Source: Octopus sinensis
Taxonomy: Eukaryota
DNA: 64,000 nucleotides
Reading direction: 5' to 3'
NCBI RefSeq assembly: GCF_006345805.1
Contig: NC_043000.1
Span: 112,654,001-112,718,000 of the forward strand
Part shown: positions 25,665 through 39,874 of the stretch, piece by piece
Numbering within the stretch: the first letter of the stretch is position 1
Layout of the letters: each line of letters opens with the position of its first letter
Translations under genes and position numbers: made by a program
The notes under the pieces: model-generated
The model's input: the letters and a program-made list of their open reading frames with translations, nothing else
Told to the model about the DNA's origin: nothing
Database searches by the model: none

Positions 25665-26935
25665 GGTCAAGGGTACTGGCTAAAGAAATTTAGCAGTTTA
25701 CATGGGAGACTGAGGGAATAACTTCAGGATTGCCTGAATGGAGAAGCAACACCAAACTGGATGAAGAGAATGAGAAGAGGTCTTATGAAAAACAAAAGCG
25801 AGTAGTAACTATAGACCAATCACTTGCTTACTGTTAGTTTGGAAGCTACTGACAGGAATGCTCTCATAAGCATTTCTGATCACCTTGACAGCCAGAATTC
25901 GCTGCAAGAAGAACAGAAAGGCTCTTGGAAAAGGTTAGAGCAAAGTATGATCTATTATACATAGAGAAAGTAATTCTAAATGAAATAAAATCCAGAAAGA
26001 AAATTTTAACAATAGCATGGATAGATTATAAGAAGGCTTATGACATGATTCCACTCACAAGAAGAAGTGAATGTTTGAGTGTATTCAGTATTGTAGACAA
26101 CATAAGAGAATTAATTAGCTTTAGCATGAAAAAATTGGTAAAGTAGATCTCTACTCAGTGACATTAGCCTTAGGGAAAGTTAATATCAAGAGAGAAATGT
26201 TTGAAAGAGACTCATTATCCCTTTTAATATTTGTCTTATGTTTAATCCCTCTCGGTTTGGTATTAAGGGGGGCAAAGGATAGGTATCAGTTCAGAAATAG
26301 TAATGGTAAAATTAACCATTTGTTCTACATTGATGATCTGATGCTTTTTAGTAAGAATAAAAAATATATAGATTCTTTAATACAAACTGTAAGACTCTTC
26401 AGCAAAGATATAAGCATGGAATTTGGCATAGATAAGTGTGCAAGATTAGTCATACAAAAGGTACAGGTGGTTAACAGCGTAGGCATCCAATTACCAGATG
26501 TCCAGATGTTAAAATCACTGAAAGAAGGAGAGAAACTGACAGAGTACTGACTAGAGAAATGAAAACGAAAATTGAGAAGGAGTACATCAGAATGGTTAGG
26601 AGGCTAATGAAACCAAAGCTAAATGGTCCGAATCTAGTGAAGGCTGTAAATACTTGGAAAGTATATTGACTAAGATATTCAGCATCAATAACAACATCAA
26701 CAAAAAATCTGAATTAACAAAGCTCGACAGAAGACCTAGGAAAGAATTCAATATGATTGGAGAACTTCATCCAAGAGCAGGAGTAGCAAAATGGAAAGGA
26801 AGATGGAAAGATGGAAGAGTGTTAATATTAGTAGAAGACTAGAGTAGATATCGCCTCCTATGTAGTTAATAATAAAGAAAGTTTATTAAGAGCTGCTAGA
26901 GTCACAGTAGGAGATAGTGAAACCAAAAATGCAGA
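25665..26935 (+). pseudogene. Decayed R4/Dong-clade non-LTR retrotransposon reverse transcriptase
   Basis: ORF fragments AWIDYKKAYDMIP, DSLSLLIFVLCLIPL, KINHLFYIDDLMLFSK, FSKDISMEFGIDKCA; interrupted by stops and frameshifts. Confidence 0.85.
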
Positions 26936-26944
26936 TGAAGTGTT

Positions 26945-27088
26945 TAACTGGTACTTAATTTATAGACCCCGAAAGGATGAAAGGCAAAGTCGACTTCGGT
27001 GGCATTTGAACTCAGAACTTAAAGACACATGAAATACCGCTGCTAAACATTTCGCCCAGCGTGTTAAAGTTTCTGCTAACTCACCGCT
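26945..27088 (-). mobile_element. SINE family C
   Basis: GACCCCGAAAGGATGAAAGGCAAAGTCGACTTCGGTGGCATTTGAACTCAGAAC. Confidence 0.85.
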
Positions 27089-27089
27089 C

Positions 27090-27153
<64 letters not shown>

Positions 27154-27176
27154 AATGATAATGATAATGATGGTGG

Positions 27177-27243
<67 letters not shown>

Positions 27244-27247
27244 AATG

Positions 27248-27297
<50 letters not shown>

Positions 27298-27331
27298 TAT
27301 AAAAATAATAATAATAATAATAAATTAAAAT
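27090..27331. repeat. (GAT)n grading into (AAT)n
   Basis: Directly visible. Confidence 0.95.
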
Positions 27332-27542
27332 AATACTGTGGGGAACAGTAAGCCAAATTATAGACAAATGTCTGAACAAGATTGGAAAAGATTAGTAGGA
27401 GGCTCCTAAGCACCTGAAAGACCGCTGAAAACTTGTAGATACCTGAAGTTGCAGGTAGTAACCTGCTTCCATGAAATTCCTACCAGGAATAAAACTGAAC
27501 CTGAGCCAAACCAAAACAATAATATTAATAATGATGATAATA

Positions 27543-28061
27543 ACAGTCTCATGGCTCTCATGGCTTCTGATCTTAACTGATTGGAAGTGTTATAATGTAC
27601 ATTGTTTTTGTCTTGGTATAAAAGATGGGCTACAGCAAATATTCTGCTCAATACCACAGATTTGCTTGTCAGTTGTTTGACCTTAACCAGTTGAGTATGT
27701 CCCTTGGTGACTGACGATATGTGCGTCTCTGATCAGGAGCAGAAGTAGTGGGGGAATATCATAGCCATGTGTTGAGAGGGATTATTTGGGGTTTGAATAG
27801 TTCACCTCTGGAAACATGGGTGTTTCGTTCAACATCCTTAAACAACCCTTATTCAGAGACCTTTTGAGTGGGATGGGTTACTCGACCTGAAGAAAATTCT
27901 AACTGGGCTCCACCTGCAAGGTCATGCGCTGCTTATCTTGATATGAGATCACCATGTCGCCCAAATATGGTTGTAATGCATGACTGGTAGTCATGATGGG
28001 TATACTGGACTTTGTATATTCTACCCGTGTCACTTTGATGGCATGCACAGCTCTCTCACTC
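27543..28061 (+). mobile_element. Repeat family G, longest copy, with AAT-rich flanks
   Basis: Aligns with 7622-8020 and carries segments deleted there; followed by (GAT)(AAT)n. Confidence 0.8.
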
Positions 28062-28077
28062 AGTGATGATGATAATA

Positions 28078-28118
<41 letters not shown>

Positions 28119-28129
28119 GCCTTGCATTC

Positions 28130-28290
28130 ACACGAACCTAGAAATTTTCGGTGAGGTGTTAGTTGATTAAATCGACCCCATTATCTGACTGGTACTTTAT
28201 CTTACCGAGCGGGGAAAGATGAAAGGCAACAATGACCTGAGTGAGATTTGAACACAAGACCTAAAGAACCGGGGAAAATTTTGTTACGGC
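28130..28290 (-). mobile_element. SINE family C, degraded
   Basis: TTGATTAAATCGACCCC..CTGGTACTTTATC..AAAGATGAAAGGCAACAATGACCTGAGTGAGATTTGAAC. Confidence 0.7.
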
Positions 28291-28967
28291 ACTGTCGATT
28301 CTCTCTTCTTTTGACGCTCTAACAATTCCGCCATGGCAGCAAAACAACAACGTGAATAACTGTAATAAACAGACAAAAGTGTGGGAAAAAAGAAATCGCC
28401 ATCATTATCGTCATCATCAGCAGCAACGACGTAAACACTCTGGAAACAGCAACAACAAGAACAACAGCGAACAACAACGAGTAATAAACGAAGCAACATC
28501 ACAAAAAAAAAGAAAAGAAAAGAAGAGTAATATTGAGTAAAAAATATCAAGAAAATAATCATGAGTAGCAGGAAAACAACAACAGTAAATACAACATGCA
28601 CCACCAGTGCCAACAACAACAACAACAACGAAAGCAACAAAAATATTTAGCAAAAATAACCGAAAAATATATGTAAAAAAAACAACGGTATAGAATTGTA
28701 AACAACAACAACGCAAACAGTTTGAAAAAAAACATAAAAAAAGCAAGATGAACAATAACAATGTTTTGAACACAAATAACATCAACAACAACAACAACAT
28801 CATTATCACAACAACAACATCATTATCACAACAACATCACCACCACCAACAACAACAATAATATCAACATCATTATCAGCAACAATAACGACAGCATCAA
28901 CATTATAACAACAACAACAACAACAACACAGTTATAGCGACACCAGCATTAACAACTTCAACACATC

Positions 28968-29008
<41 letters not shown>

Positions 29009-29069
29009 CCACAACCACAATAGCAACTACTGCAATGGCTGCACTTATAAAATATTACAAAAATGTATT

Positions 29070-29640
29070 CAAGCAATGCCGTGTTGCTTGAACGTAATTG
29101 TGGTTGCCAAGGCAACACAAGTGATTCTAACGCGCAGTCTTCAGATAATGGTCTCCAGTAACTTTGAAGGAATCCATTAAAAATATCAAACAGTTACATA
29201 AATATTTCCGAGTGGGTGACGAATGTCACTGAACCAGAAGGTAATACACTGGCTGAGTAGACAAGCCTGATCAGGTTTCAAATATCTATTGATGCACCTT
29301 GGTTTCATTTTTCTTTCGTAAATAATCTAAGAACTGTGGATTAGCAAAACCAGTGGAGCATCGAATAAAGCGTCTTGCAATTTTTATTCACGTCTCTGTG
29401 TTCAAATCTTACCGATTTAGACTGCTTTCACTCCTCCGGTGTTGTTAGAAACAATACCAAACATGACTGCAAATCATGCATAGCTTTAGGGCCAAGAATT
29501 CCACCATACTATTTAATTCCAGATATGAGATTTTCACCAAATGCAAGTATATGGACAAATTACCTTTGTCATCTGGAGGACATTACGCTTTGCAGATTGA
29601 GTAGCTGTAAAGCAGATTTTGGACCCCGCTCCTTTGAATT
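29070..29640 (+). pseudogene. Possible highly decayed Penelope-like C-terminal (GIY-YIG region) fragment
   Basis: Manual translation gives LFNSRYEIFTKCKYMDKL (compare the PLE end LLNSRSEIxSKCRH..KF), preceded by TKHDCKSC and RNCGC; heavily disrupted. Confidence 0.35.
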
Positions 29641-30504
29641 ATTCTACAGCAACTAGTTGTTTAATTATGACTTCTACAGTTAAAGAGGATGTAACTGTAA
29701 TTTTCTTTCTTTTCTTTCCTTTCTTTTCCTGTTTTTAATCACCCTTTGCTTTCATATTTCAGTTTTAGTATCAATCTTTCGGTATTTTTTTGTCTCTCGT
29801 GGTATCTCATGTTCCAGCGTCTGATTTTCAAATAGAACGAACCAAGTTCTCAAAGCCTGAAAATTGTTTGGAGTCACAAGGCGCGTTATAAAACTTGCCT
29901 AACCACGTGTCTTAATGGCAAGAAACTATTAGTGACTCTTGTGTTAATACGGTGTACATCAAATAATATTCAACTGTCATTGTATGGCATACTTTGTTAT
30001 ACACATAGATACAGAAGTCTTATACCATATGTTTCATAAACACTTCGGTGATTCTATTCTGCAGCTTGAAATAAGATTCCAGCCGACAAATTTTACATTC
30101 TATTAAACCCCTCCTAGGAGGTCGCGAGTCTCATATTCAGAAGTTGATTAATTTAACATACATAACTTCATAATTCTGGCAATCATAACAAACGATGAGG
30201 TTTTACAATGTAATATGTCCTAGTGGGTTCAATGTTCGAAAACCATTTTAGCTCACTTAAGTTGTATATTTGTTAACAGTGAGTCTAAATATATGCATTA
30301 ATGAAATACAAGATGCCGCAGAATTAACGCCCTTTCTAATTTAGCAATTTTTACAGTACAAAAATTGTGTTCTTTTCTAAATTTTATTATATAAGAATTT
30401 ATTACAGGAGTTAAAGGAACGAAGAAAACCAATTAATGAAAATAAATTGCTTTAGTTTTATGAAATGTATAAAGTATTCCAAGTATTCAATCAAAACTAC
30501 GCAA

Positions 30505-30855
30505 TTCATTATGAGAAAAAATTAACATGTTCAAAAGGTCCGCCCCTGCTTTCGCTTTTAGTACAATGCTGAACACTGCCGGCAACATTTCTACAAACCT
30601 TTTGACACCTTTCCCAGTTAATCGTAGAAAATTTGACAGAAATTACTTGTTTGAATTCAGGAATCATTTTCTGTTTCAGGGAACAAACAAGATTTTTCAA
30701 TACTCTCACAAGATAAAGTCGGGTGGTGTTAGGTATGGTGATCGTGATGGCCACTTAGTTGCTCTCCGCTGTCCTATACTCCTCTCAAAATTAAGATTTA
30801 ACCATTCCCGAACATTTAACCTACAGTGAGGCCATGCACCATACTGTACAAAGTA
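30505..30855 (-). pseudogene. Decayed Tc1/mariner-superfamily transposase C-terminus
   Basis: Minus strand gives QYGAWPH..VREWLN..WPSRSPYLTPPDFIL* (compare QDGAPPH..WPPRSPDLTPLDFFLW) and, after a frameshift, ..GGPFEHV (compare GGHFEHL). Confidence 0.75.
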
Positions 30856-31009
30856 GAAAACTATAAAAAAATACAAATGTAAAAGGGCGTTACTGTATTG
30901 AAAACAAATTTAGTACAGATGTTTAATCACAACCAAGACTACTGTACTTCTACACGGACAATTAACACATATTTTATTATAGCTTTCTGATATGATTGTT
31001 AATATTTGA

Positions 31010-31660
31010 AGATGTGGCAAAGTGGAGAGCTGACAAAATCGCTACTTAGCGTCATTTATCCTGTCCACACGTCCTGAGTTTAAATTTCGTGGAGGTCGGC
31101 TTTGCCTTTTAATCCTTTCGCGGTCGATAAAGTAAGTACCAATCGAGTTCTAGGGTCGGAGTAATCGAATTATGCCCTCCTCCGGAAACTGCTCGCCTTG
31201 TGCCAAAATTTGAAACGTATATTTCAAAATGAGAAGGCGGCGAGTTGGCAGAAACGTTAAGCATGCTGGTTCAAATGCTTAGCGGTATTTCGTCTGCCGC
31301 TACGTTCTGAGTTCAAATTCCGCCGTGGTCGACTTGGCTTTTTATCCTTTCGGGGTCGATTAAATAGGTATCAGTTATGCACTTGGGTCGATGTAATCGA
31401 CTTAATCTGTTGTTTGTCTGTCCTTGTTTGTCCCCTCTATGTTTAGCCCTGTGTAGGCAATAAATAAGAAACGTTAGCACGCCGGGCAAAATGATTAGCG
31501 GCATTTTGTCCGTTTTTACGTACAGATTCCGCTGAGGTCACCTTTGCCTTGCATGCTTTCACAGTTGATAAATCGAGTACCAGTTACACACTGGGGTCAA
31601 TGTAATTGACGTACAGCCTCCCCACGAAATCGTTGGCCTTCTGCCATAATTGAAACCGAT
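31010..31660 (+). mobile_element. Tandem cluster of SINE family C copies
   Basis: Three bodies; head AAGGCGGCGAGTTGGCAGAAACGTT at ~31234; junction AAATAAG|AAACGTTAGCACGCCGGG at ~31464. Confidence 0.85.
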
Positions 31661-32139
31661 ATTTAAAGGTGTTTGTTTCACCTCAGATCTTCCATCTGCT
31701 TGACCCAGGAATTCATTTCATTGTTTGTCACTTGTTTACAAAAATATTTTAAAGAGATGGGTTCCAGAAAGTTTGGTATTATGCATTGGAAAACCAGACT
31801 CTTTCAACTGTTCAGCTTCTTTAAATTCTTAAGATGAATAGATGAGAGACGAAAAGTGTTGATGAGGAGATTGTGGAAAGATTATACAGCTGCTGCGCTA
31901 CATGTGCCTGGATGCGAGTGAGTACACACAGAAAGAAGGAAAGAAAGAAAGAAAGAAAGTGAGAGAGAGAGAGAATGAGAAAGAGAGTGACAGAGAGAGA
32001 GGGGGAAGAATTGAAGATCGAGCTTCTGCTGCTACGGAAGGAAGCCGAATGAGCCAGCGTAGTATGTGAAATAGTTACAAGAATATGGATATCAAAAGTA
32101 GCAACGAACATAAGAGGCAAATGGTGAAAAAAAGAGGAG

Positions 32140-32158
32140 CTGTAGGAGTAGTAGTGGC

Positions 32159-32210
<52 letters not shown>

Positions 32211-32394
32211 ATAGTGGTGGTGTGGTGATGGTGGTGGTGGTTGTAGTAGTAGTTGTAGTAGTAGTAGTAGTAGTAGTAAGTAGAAGTAGTAGTATTTATG
32301 GGGTGTGGTGATGGTGATGGTGGTGGTAGTTGTGGTAGCAGTAATAGTAGTAGTAGTAGTAGTAGAAGAAGAAGAAGATGAATAAGAAGATGAA

Positions 32395-32429
<35 letters not shown>

Positions 32430-32531
32430 AGGAGAAGAAGAAGAAGTGGAGGAAGAAGAAGAGAAGAAGAAGAAGAAGAAGAAGAAGAAGAAGAGAAGAA
32501 GAAGAAGAAGTGGAGGAAGAAGAAGAAGAAG

Positions 32532-32562
<31 letters not shown>

Positions 32563-32890
32563 GGAGAGGTAGTAGTAAATAGATGAAGAATAGAATGGGA
32601 AGAAAAAGAGAAATAACAATAGCGTCCACAACAATAAGTGAATGAAAATGTGAGGACTTTTTGGAGGCTGATCAATTGGTTGGAGAAGGAATATGAAATG
32701 GAAGGAAGAGAGAAAGAAAACCTGATGACTTATGATGATGTAACGAGGAGGACAATATTGGTTGGGAAAATGAAACAAAAATAACGATAACATCACCATA
32801 AACATCATTATCGTCAACAGCTACAACAACAACATCATAAACAAAAACACCAAGAAGAAGAACAACAACAGTAGTAGCAGCAACAGCAAC

Positions 32891-32955
<65 letters not shown>

Positions 32956-33600
32956 GAGCCAGTACAGTAACAACAGGCGACGAAGTGGATTTCGTTAATC
33001 ACGAGTTTCGTAAAGTCAAAAGAATGGAAGTAAAAAAATGAAGCTAACTTTCGACAACGAGCGCGTATACAACCACTACAACCACCACCATGACAGCTAC
33101 CCTTAGCAACACACCATCTATCACTACTACTCTCACCGCCACAGCTTTTCCACTACCATTATGACGGTCATTGCAATTGTCTTCATCACAGATATTCCCC
33201 ACTCGACTACAACAGTTCCCCTATCCCCCTCCTTCCGCGACTACATCTTTACAACACCACGTACGTTACCACTATCACCAGCACCACCACCAACACCACT
33301 ACCAGCACCATCACCACCACCACCACCACCACCACCACCACCACTACCACTACCACCGCTACTGCCACTTTCACCACCAACACAAGCGCCGCCACCGATG
33401 GTGGTGATTACCATCGCTACCACTAACGCTACCATGACGAAAACGACGACCACAACCACCACCACCATTATAAAAAGAAACTAGCCCTATAATTATAATT
33501 ATGACCACCTCAACTATTACCTATATCACCACCATGATAATTATCTACACCGTAGTCATAATGACTGTGCTTATATAATTATAATAATAATTATTATTAT
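32140..33600. repeat. Large compound triplet microsatellite field (GTA, GGT, GAA, AAT, CAC)
   Basis: Directly visible; explains the poly-S/L/E/P/H ORFs. Confidence 0.9.
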
Positions 33601-33616
33601 TATTGTTATTTTTTTT

Positions 33617-34200
33617 CTTTGCACAGCAACTAACACTGGAGATTTACTACGGTGTCAGCTGTTCACTACCACTGAACTAAGATAACACCCCTTATTTTTC
33701 GAGCACCTTCCGGAGTATTCGAGCGGTTCTAAGCAGTGATGTTTTCTGCAACTGGCTCCACCCTTATTGCAGCCCCTATTTGTTCCATGTACTTCTCAAG
33801 AACTTTACTCACTGTTCCCAGGGCTCCGACAATTATTGGTACTACTAACATCTTTTTCATCGACCACAACTCCTTAACGTCCCAAGCTAACCTGTCATAT
33901 CTATCGACTTTTCTTTCTTCATTTCAGCTAGGCGTGTTATATCTATGACCCAGTATCGTTTGCTTTCTTTCACAATTAAGACTATGTCTGGTTTCCTATT
34001 CTCTATCTCATGGTTGCACTGAATCATAAAACCCCATAAGTGCTTGGGCCCTAACTTCTTACACTCTACAGGGACGAGCCACATCCAGACCATGATGCTT
34101 GTGTTCCCTTCTGCAGACACTTTATTGCCATTTGGATATTGGGCACTTGTGCATTCAAACCTCTTGGAGATTCTTAGATAAGAAATACCGTTGGTTGTCA
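33617..34200 (-). pseudogene. R4/Dong-clade LINE 3' end: RLE endonuclease remnant, 3' UTR and (AAT)n tail
   Basis: NHEIENRKPDIVLIVKE..WVIDI (RLE PD motif) then VVPIIVGALGTVSK; 3' UTR matches 40150-40237. Confidence 0.85.
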
Positions 34201-34780
34201 TGGTGGCGGTTAACGCTACCACAATGACTCCTTCAGAGTTATTTCCCTTCGGGTTGAAATATTAAAATTGCCTTCAAACGGTATCGAGATCGTTTTTTGT
34301 TCCAGCTGGAACATTTCTCACTTATATGGTACCCGCTACTCAAGTTGCTTTCATTAAATCACTTTTAATCGTCTCAACATTCATATTGTGATCTCTTTCA
34401 ATCCCGCAACAAAAATAAACAGCAAAAATAACAACAAAAATAAATAAATAAAAATCAATCAATCAATAAATAAATATAACTAGTCATTTCTCCGCAGACG
34501 ATCGAACCTGAACGATTCAGTTCGTACCAATGTTTAATTCGTACAAACGACCTACAGACGTTTAAGAAGTTTAACTATAAAATGGATCTCATACAACTCA
34601 TGAGATCTTCGAAGGGTGGTCAGCACTTCCGATTTCTCTAGAACACATCTTTAAAAAATAAGGTTCATTTCAAGGTAATCATAAATACTACCATCAAAAT
34701 TTCGAATTTGTTCATAATTACTGCATGAATTTGTGCATAATTACGTGCATACACACACAAACGTACACATACATATCGAC

Positions 34781-34817
<37 letters not shown>

Positions 34818-34875
34818 TTCGTTTTTGGATTTGGTTTGCAAGATCGCTTATGTGAGTTCGTGTGTTGAAGGATAT

Positions 34876-35099
34876 GTTGTTGTCTCTGAGGAAAGTCATT
34901 CTCTTTTAGTACCATATTATTTAACACACTCACCGGTAAAACTTCCACTCATTTACTTATTTATTTTTCAAACGACTATTGAAAAGGTTGCAAGACGCAA
35001 CGAAAATTTTAGGAAAAATAAATAAACGAGTGGAAACTTTACCAGTGAGTGTGTTAAATTGTAAGGCCCTAAAAGAGAATGACTCTCCCCAGGCACAAC

Positions 35100-35102
<3 letters not shown>
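34876..35102. mobile_element. Fold-back MITE-like element
   Basis: ~90-bp imperfect inverted arms (34876-34968 and 35014-35102); a partial second copy lies at 38884-38997. Confidence 0.75.
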
Positions 35103-35155
<53 letters not shown>

Positions 35156-35667
35156 ATATATATATATATATATGCTTGTACATTGACGTGTGTATGTTTC
35201 TGTTTATATATATATGCCTGAGTGTATGCATATTGGCATATTGTTAGTTATTTTGTTGCAAAGATAGGTGGAGATAAAGATGGGTAAAGAGATATAGATA
35301 TGAGGCAGAAGCATGTTTAGATAGCTAGATAGACGTAGCCTCAGGGATCAGCACTTTTCACAATTCTTGTCCCCTGCAGGCGATTTCATTGTATGCAAAA
35401 TGAATTGAAAAACTGGTGAATGTATTTGACTAACCCTTCAAATCAACTAGAAATATGCAACATGTACACTTTTACGAAATTCTGTTAATCTGTGGAGAAA
35501 TGGCATAAATGTGAATACCTGAATGTAAATATCTATAAATGTATGCCTATATATGTATATGTACACCTATACATACATACATACATACATACATACATAC
35601 ATACATTACATACATACATACATACATACATACATGCATATATATATATATATATATATAATATATA

Positions 35668-35706
<39 letters not shown>

Positions 35707-35914
35707 CATATATATATATATATAAGTGTACGGGTATGTATATGTATATGTATGCATGAAGAAATATATACAAAAAAATATACCTATAAATGCATATTTA
35801 TGGATATGAGTAGGTATGAATATTTGTAGCTATCTCTCTCAATGTCTTTCATTTCTCTCTCTCTCCCTCTCTCACTCTTTACACAAGTAAATATAATACA
35901 TATATGTATATCGT

Positions 35915-35962
<48 letters not shown>

Positions 35963-35973
35963 CACACACACAC

Positions 35974-36045
<72 letters not shown>

Positions 36046-36052
36046 AACTATG

Positions 36053-36083
<31 letters not shown>

Positions 36084-36480
36084 ACGAGAGTGTCTATATT
36101 ATACGTGGAGTAGTGTGTATGTTTGCGTGTAAGTACTTAGTCAATATGTTTAATGAGGCATTTTTTTTTCATTTCGTAATTCTAAGGAGACAATTGCAAA
36201 TGGTGCCACAGGGAAGTGGCTCTTACCAAAATCTTGGCAGACATGCGAACTGTGCATTATCCTTCTACAGCTGGAAGCATTTTCGGGACGGACACACTGT
36301 ATCACAGATATGTTCCTTAAACTTTTACACAAGAACATAGGGATATATATTCATAAAATTATACACAAACACACGCATACACAGCAAATATATATATATA
36401 TAATTTTCACATAAATAGGTAGATGCATATATGTATATAATTATATGTATAGAAACACAAAATAGAAACATAAATATAGG

Positions 36481-36536
<56 letters not shown>

Positions 36537-37396
36537 TATATATGTGTATCTATGATAAAAAAGCGTGCACGTGAATATGTAGACATGAAATGCAAGCAAT
36601 TTTAAGGAAGAAACAAAATGTATAATTGAAATACACCATAGATAAATACATACTACATAAACACATCCGCATCTACATGTATATGTCAGTGCGTATGTGT
36701 GTACATGTGTGTATGTGTGTGTGTGTGTTTGTGTGTGCGTTTGTGTGTGTGAGTGTACAAACATTTATGCATTCGAATATCTGTATACATCTCTGCATAC
36801 GCGCTTACATAGATCCATATGTAATACATACAAGCATAAGTATGTCCGCACACATAGACACACAGAGTCATACATGCAGATATATATATATTATACACAC
36901 GTATAATATATGTATTTCAATGAGAATAATTATCCATAGTCTCACTTATATTTATATATCGCTACATATCACAGTAGATTGATAAATAAATAGTTATAGA
37001 TACAGATGGGTAGATAGAGAGAGTTTGGACTCCATAAAGCAACATAGAAATTGATGGATAATGTTCTAGGCAGAAGGGAACAAAAATTGGATAGAAGAGG
37101 GAATAGAAATAGAGATAAATAAAAGAAGGTTGGTTTGATCGATTGCAAGATCGAGAGAGAGATAGACTAATCGATTCCTGATCAGACAGATAAATGTCTA
37201 AATAATGTTCTTTTCACATTATATAAATGTGAATATATAAACACAGACACGCAGCCATATTTAAACACAAGCGTATCTCTTTCTTTCTCTTTCCTTTTCT
37301 CTCTCCCTCTCTTTCACTGTATCGATCACTCTATATATCTGCCTGTCTGCCAGTCTGCCTGCCTGTCTGTCTGTCTGTCTCTGTCTCTGTATATAT

Positions 37397-37672
37397 ACAG
37401 TGGCTGTGTGGTAAGAAGCTTGCTTCCCAACCATATGGTTCCAAGTCCAGTTCCACTGCGTGGCACCTTGGGCAACTGTCTTCTACTATAGCATCGAGCC
37501 GGCCAAAGCCTTCTGAGTGCATTTGGTAGATGGAAACTGAAAGAAGCCCGTCGTATGTATATATGTATATATGTGTGTGTGTATGTGTGTGCTTCTGTGT
37601 AGGAGTTTGTCCCTCCACCATCGCTTGGCACATGATGTTAGCGTGTTTAGTTCCCCGTAACTTAGCGGCTCG
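37397..37672 (+). mobile_element. SINE family D
   Basis: GTGGCTGTGTGGTAAGAAGCTTGCTTCCCAACC head, CORE-like body, internal (TA/TG)n, truncated tail. Confidence 0.85.
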
Positions 37673-37685
37673 GCATGTATGTATG

Positions 37686-37781
<96 letters not shown>

Positions 37782-38490
37782 GTATATATTTATATATAGT
37801 AGTAAATGTGTTTACAGAGCTTTTTAGCCGTCACTGCGTGTATTATTTACTATATACGCAAGATAGTTTCAAACTTCTCTGATATTTCAGCAATGTCGCC
37901 GTTGACTCTAAAACATGGAGCGAGAAGACGCCTCTGTCGTTTCAAATATTCATATTGTGTCATTTCCAATCAGTAATTGCACACTTTACCGTTGGCAAAA
38001 CGTTGTGCCTGGAACTAAATCAGATAGGTTGATGTTTGTATATTCGCCACATGTTTAACTGTATCGTTTGTTACATAAATTATTAAAGAACCAGCATTAT
38101 TTCTTTTCAATTTGAATGTAAAGTATAGAGTAAAACCAAAGTTTTTAATCATCTCTCCTTTCTGACATTAAAAATATTTACAATTCTTTGAATCTCTCTG
38201 TCCAAAATAATATTTAAACTTAATATGCACACGTAATTGTTTATAGTTTTCAGTAACGTTTTGTGTATTCATCTGATTATAAGATCCTTGGCGATGACAA
38301 TTTCCACGATTCCCTGACTGGGCAGCGCGTTGTGTTCGATCAAGGGTTATTGTTGGGTTGCTCGCTAAGCAAGCGGGGTGACGCCAATTGAAAGCGCTAA
38401 TTCAAAGCAAAAGCGCATTGTGACCAGCGATGTGTAACAACATCTGATAGCCTGGCAGGTGATGTGATCACATGATATATACACAAATGG

Positions 38491-38531
<41 letters not shown>

Positions 38532-38670
38532 TTAAGATTGGTATACAAATGTAGACATGAGATCTTCATAGAGAGAATGAAGGAAGGAAGGAGATTGAGA
38601 ATCAACAGAACGAGCGCGAATGTGTGTGTGGTGTGTGTGTGGTGTGTGTGTGTGTGTATTTATGTGTATA

Positions 38671-38797
38671 CAGGGTTAGCCAAAAGTCACCCGACAGTAA
38701 ATCAAAATTCCATAAATACTATTCAGTAGATAAACATAAATAAATCTTGGAATTAAATGGTTTTGATTTACTGTCAAGTGACTTTTGGGCAACACTG
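38671..38797. mobile_element. 127-bp Tc1/mariner-type MITE
   Basis: TA then CAGGGTTAGCCAAAAGTCACCCGACAGTAAATCAAAA; right end is the reverse complement (TTTTGATTTACTGTCAAGTGACTTTTGGGCAACACTG). Confidence 0.8.
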
Positions 38798-38813
38798 TTT
38801 GTGAGGGTGTATA

Positions 38814-38847
<34 letters not shown>

Positions 38848-38999
38848 CTATATATTATATATATATGGAGAGAGAGAGAGAGAGACTATTGAAAATGTTG
38901 CAAGACGCAATGAAAATTTAGATAATAAAATAAATAAGTGGAAATGAGTTTGATAAATTATAACGCACAAAAAGAAAATGACTCCCCAGACCCAACGTA

Positions 39000-39075
<76 letters not shown>

Positions 39076-39077
<2 letters not shown>

Positions 39078-39240
39078 GCGCAGGAGTGGCTGTGTGGTAA
39101 GTAGCTTGCTAACCAACCACATGGTTCTGGGTTCAGTCCACTGCGTGGCATCTTGGGCAAGTGTCTTCTGCTATAGCCCCGGGCCGACCAATGCCTTGTG
39201 AGTGGATTTGGTAGACGGAAATGAAAGAAGCCTGTCGTAT
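39076..39240 (+). mobile_element. SINE family D 5' half
   Basis: GGCGCAGGAGTGGCTGTGTGGTAAG..GAAAGAAGCCTGTCG ending in (TA)n. Confidence 0.85.
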
Positions 39241-39259
39241 ATATGTATATATATATATA

Positions 39260-39304
<45 letters not shown>

Positions 39305-39745
39305 GTATGCATTTTTGTATGCGTGTATTTATACGGTTGTGCGTGTATTTATGGATGTAATTAGAATCTGGCTAAAGATGTGTCGAATAATTGTTAAGAA
39401 TCTCATCGAACCTAATTTCGAAGCCGACATTGTTGTTGCTGCTGTTTACAATAACGAATGACATATCACATTAACTCCACCACGTGACCACATTCAACAG
39501 TCTTCAGTATTTGCATCCTTATATAAATATATAATGGTTGAATATATCCGCTCCTCTCTTCAACGGAAATCCTTGTCCTTCTTGCATTGTTAAGGTTGGA
39601 AGCTTAAATATGCACATAAGATATTCCCTATAGCCATTCATTCTCCAATGGCCATTTCAGTTTGTGATGTGGAAGGATAATAACAACACCACCAATAACA
39701 AGAACAGTAAAAACAGCAACAACAACAATATTAATAATAATAATA

Positions 39746-39806
<61 letters not shown>

Positions 39807-39839
39807 CATTATCATATAATAATAATAATAATAATAATA

Positions 39840-39873
<34 letters not shown>

Positions 39874-39874
<1 letters not shown>

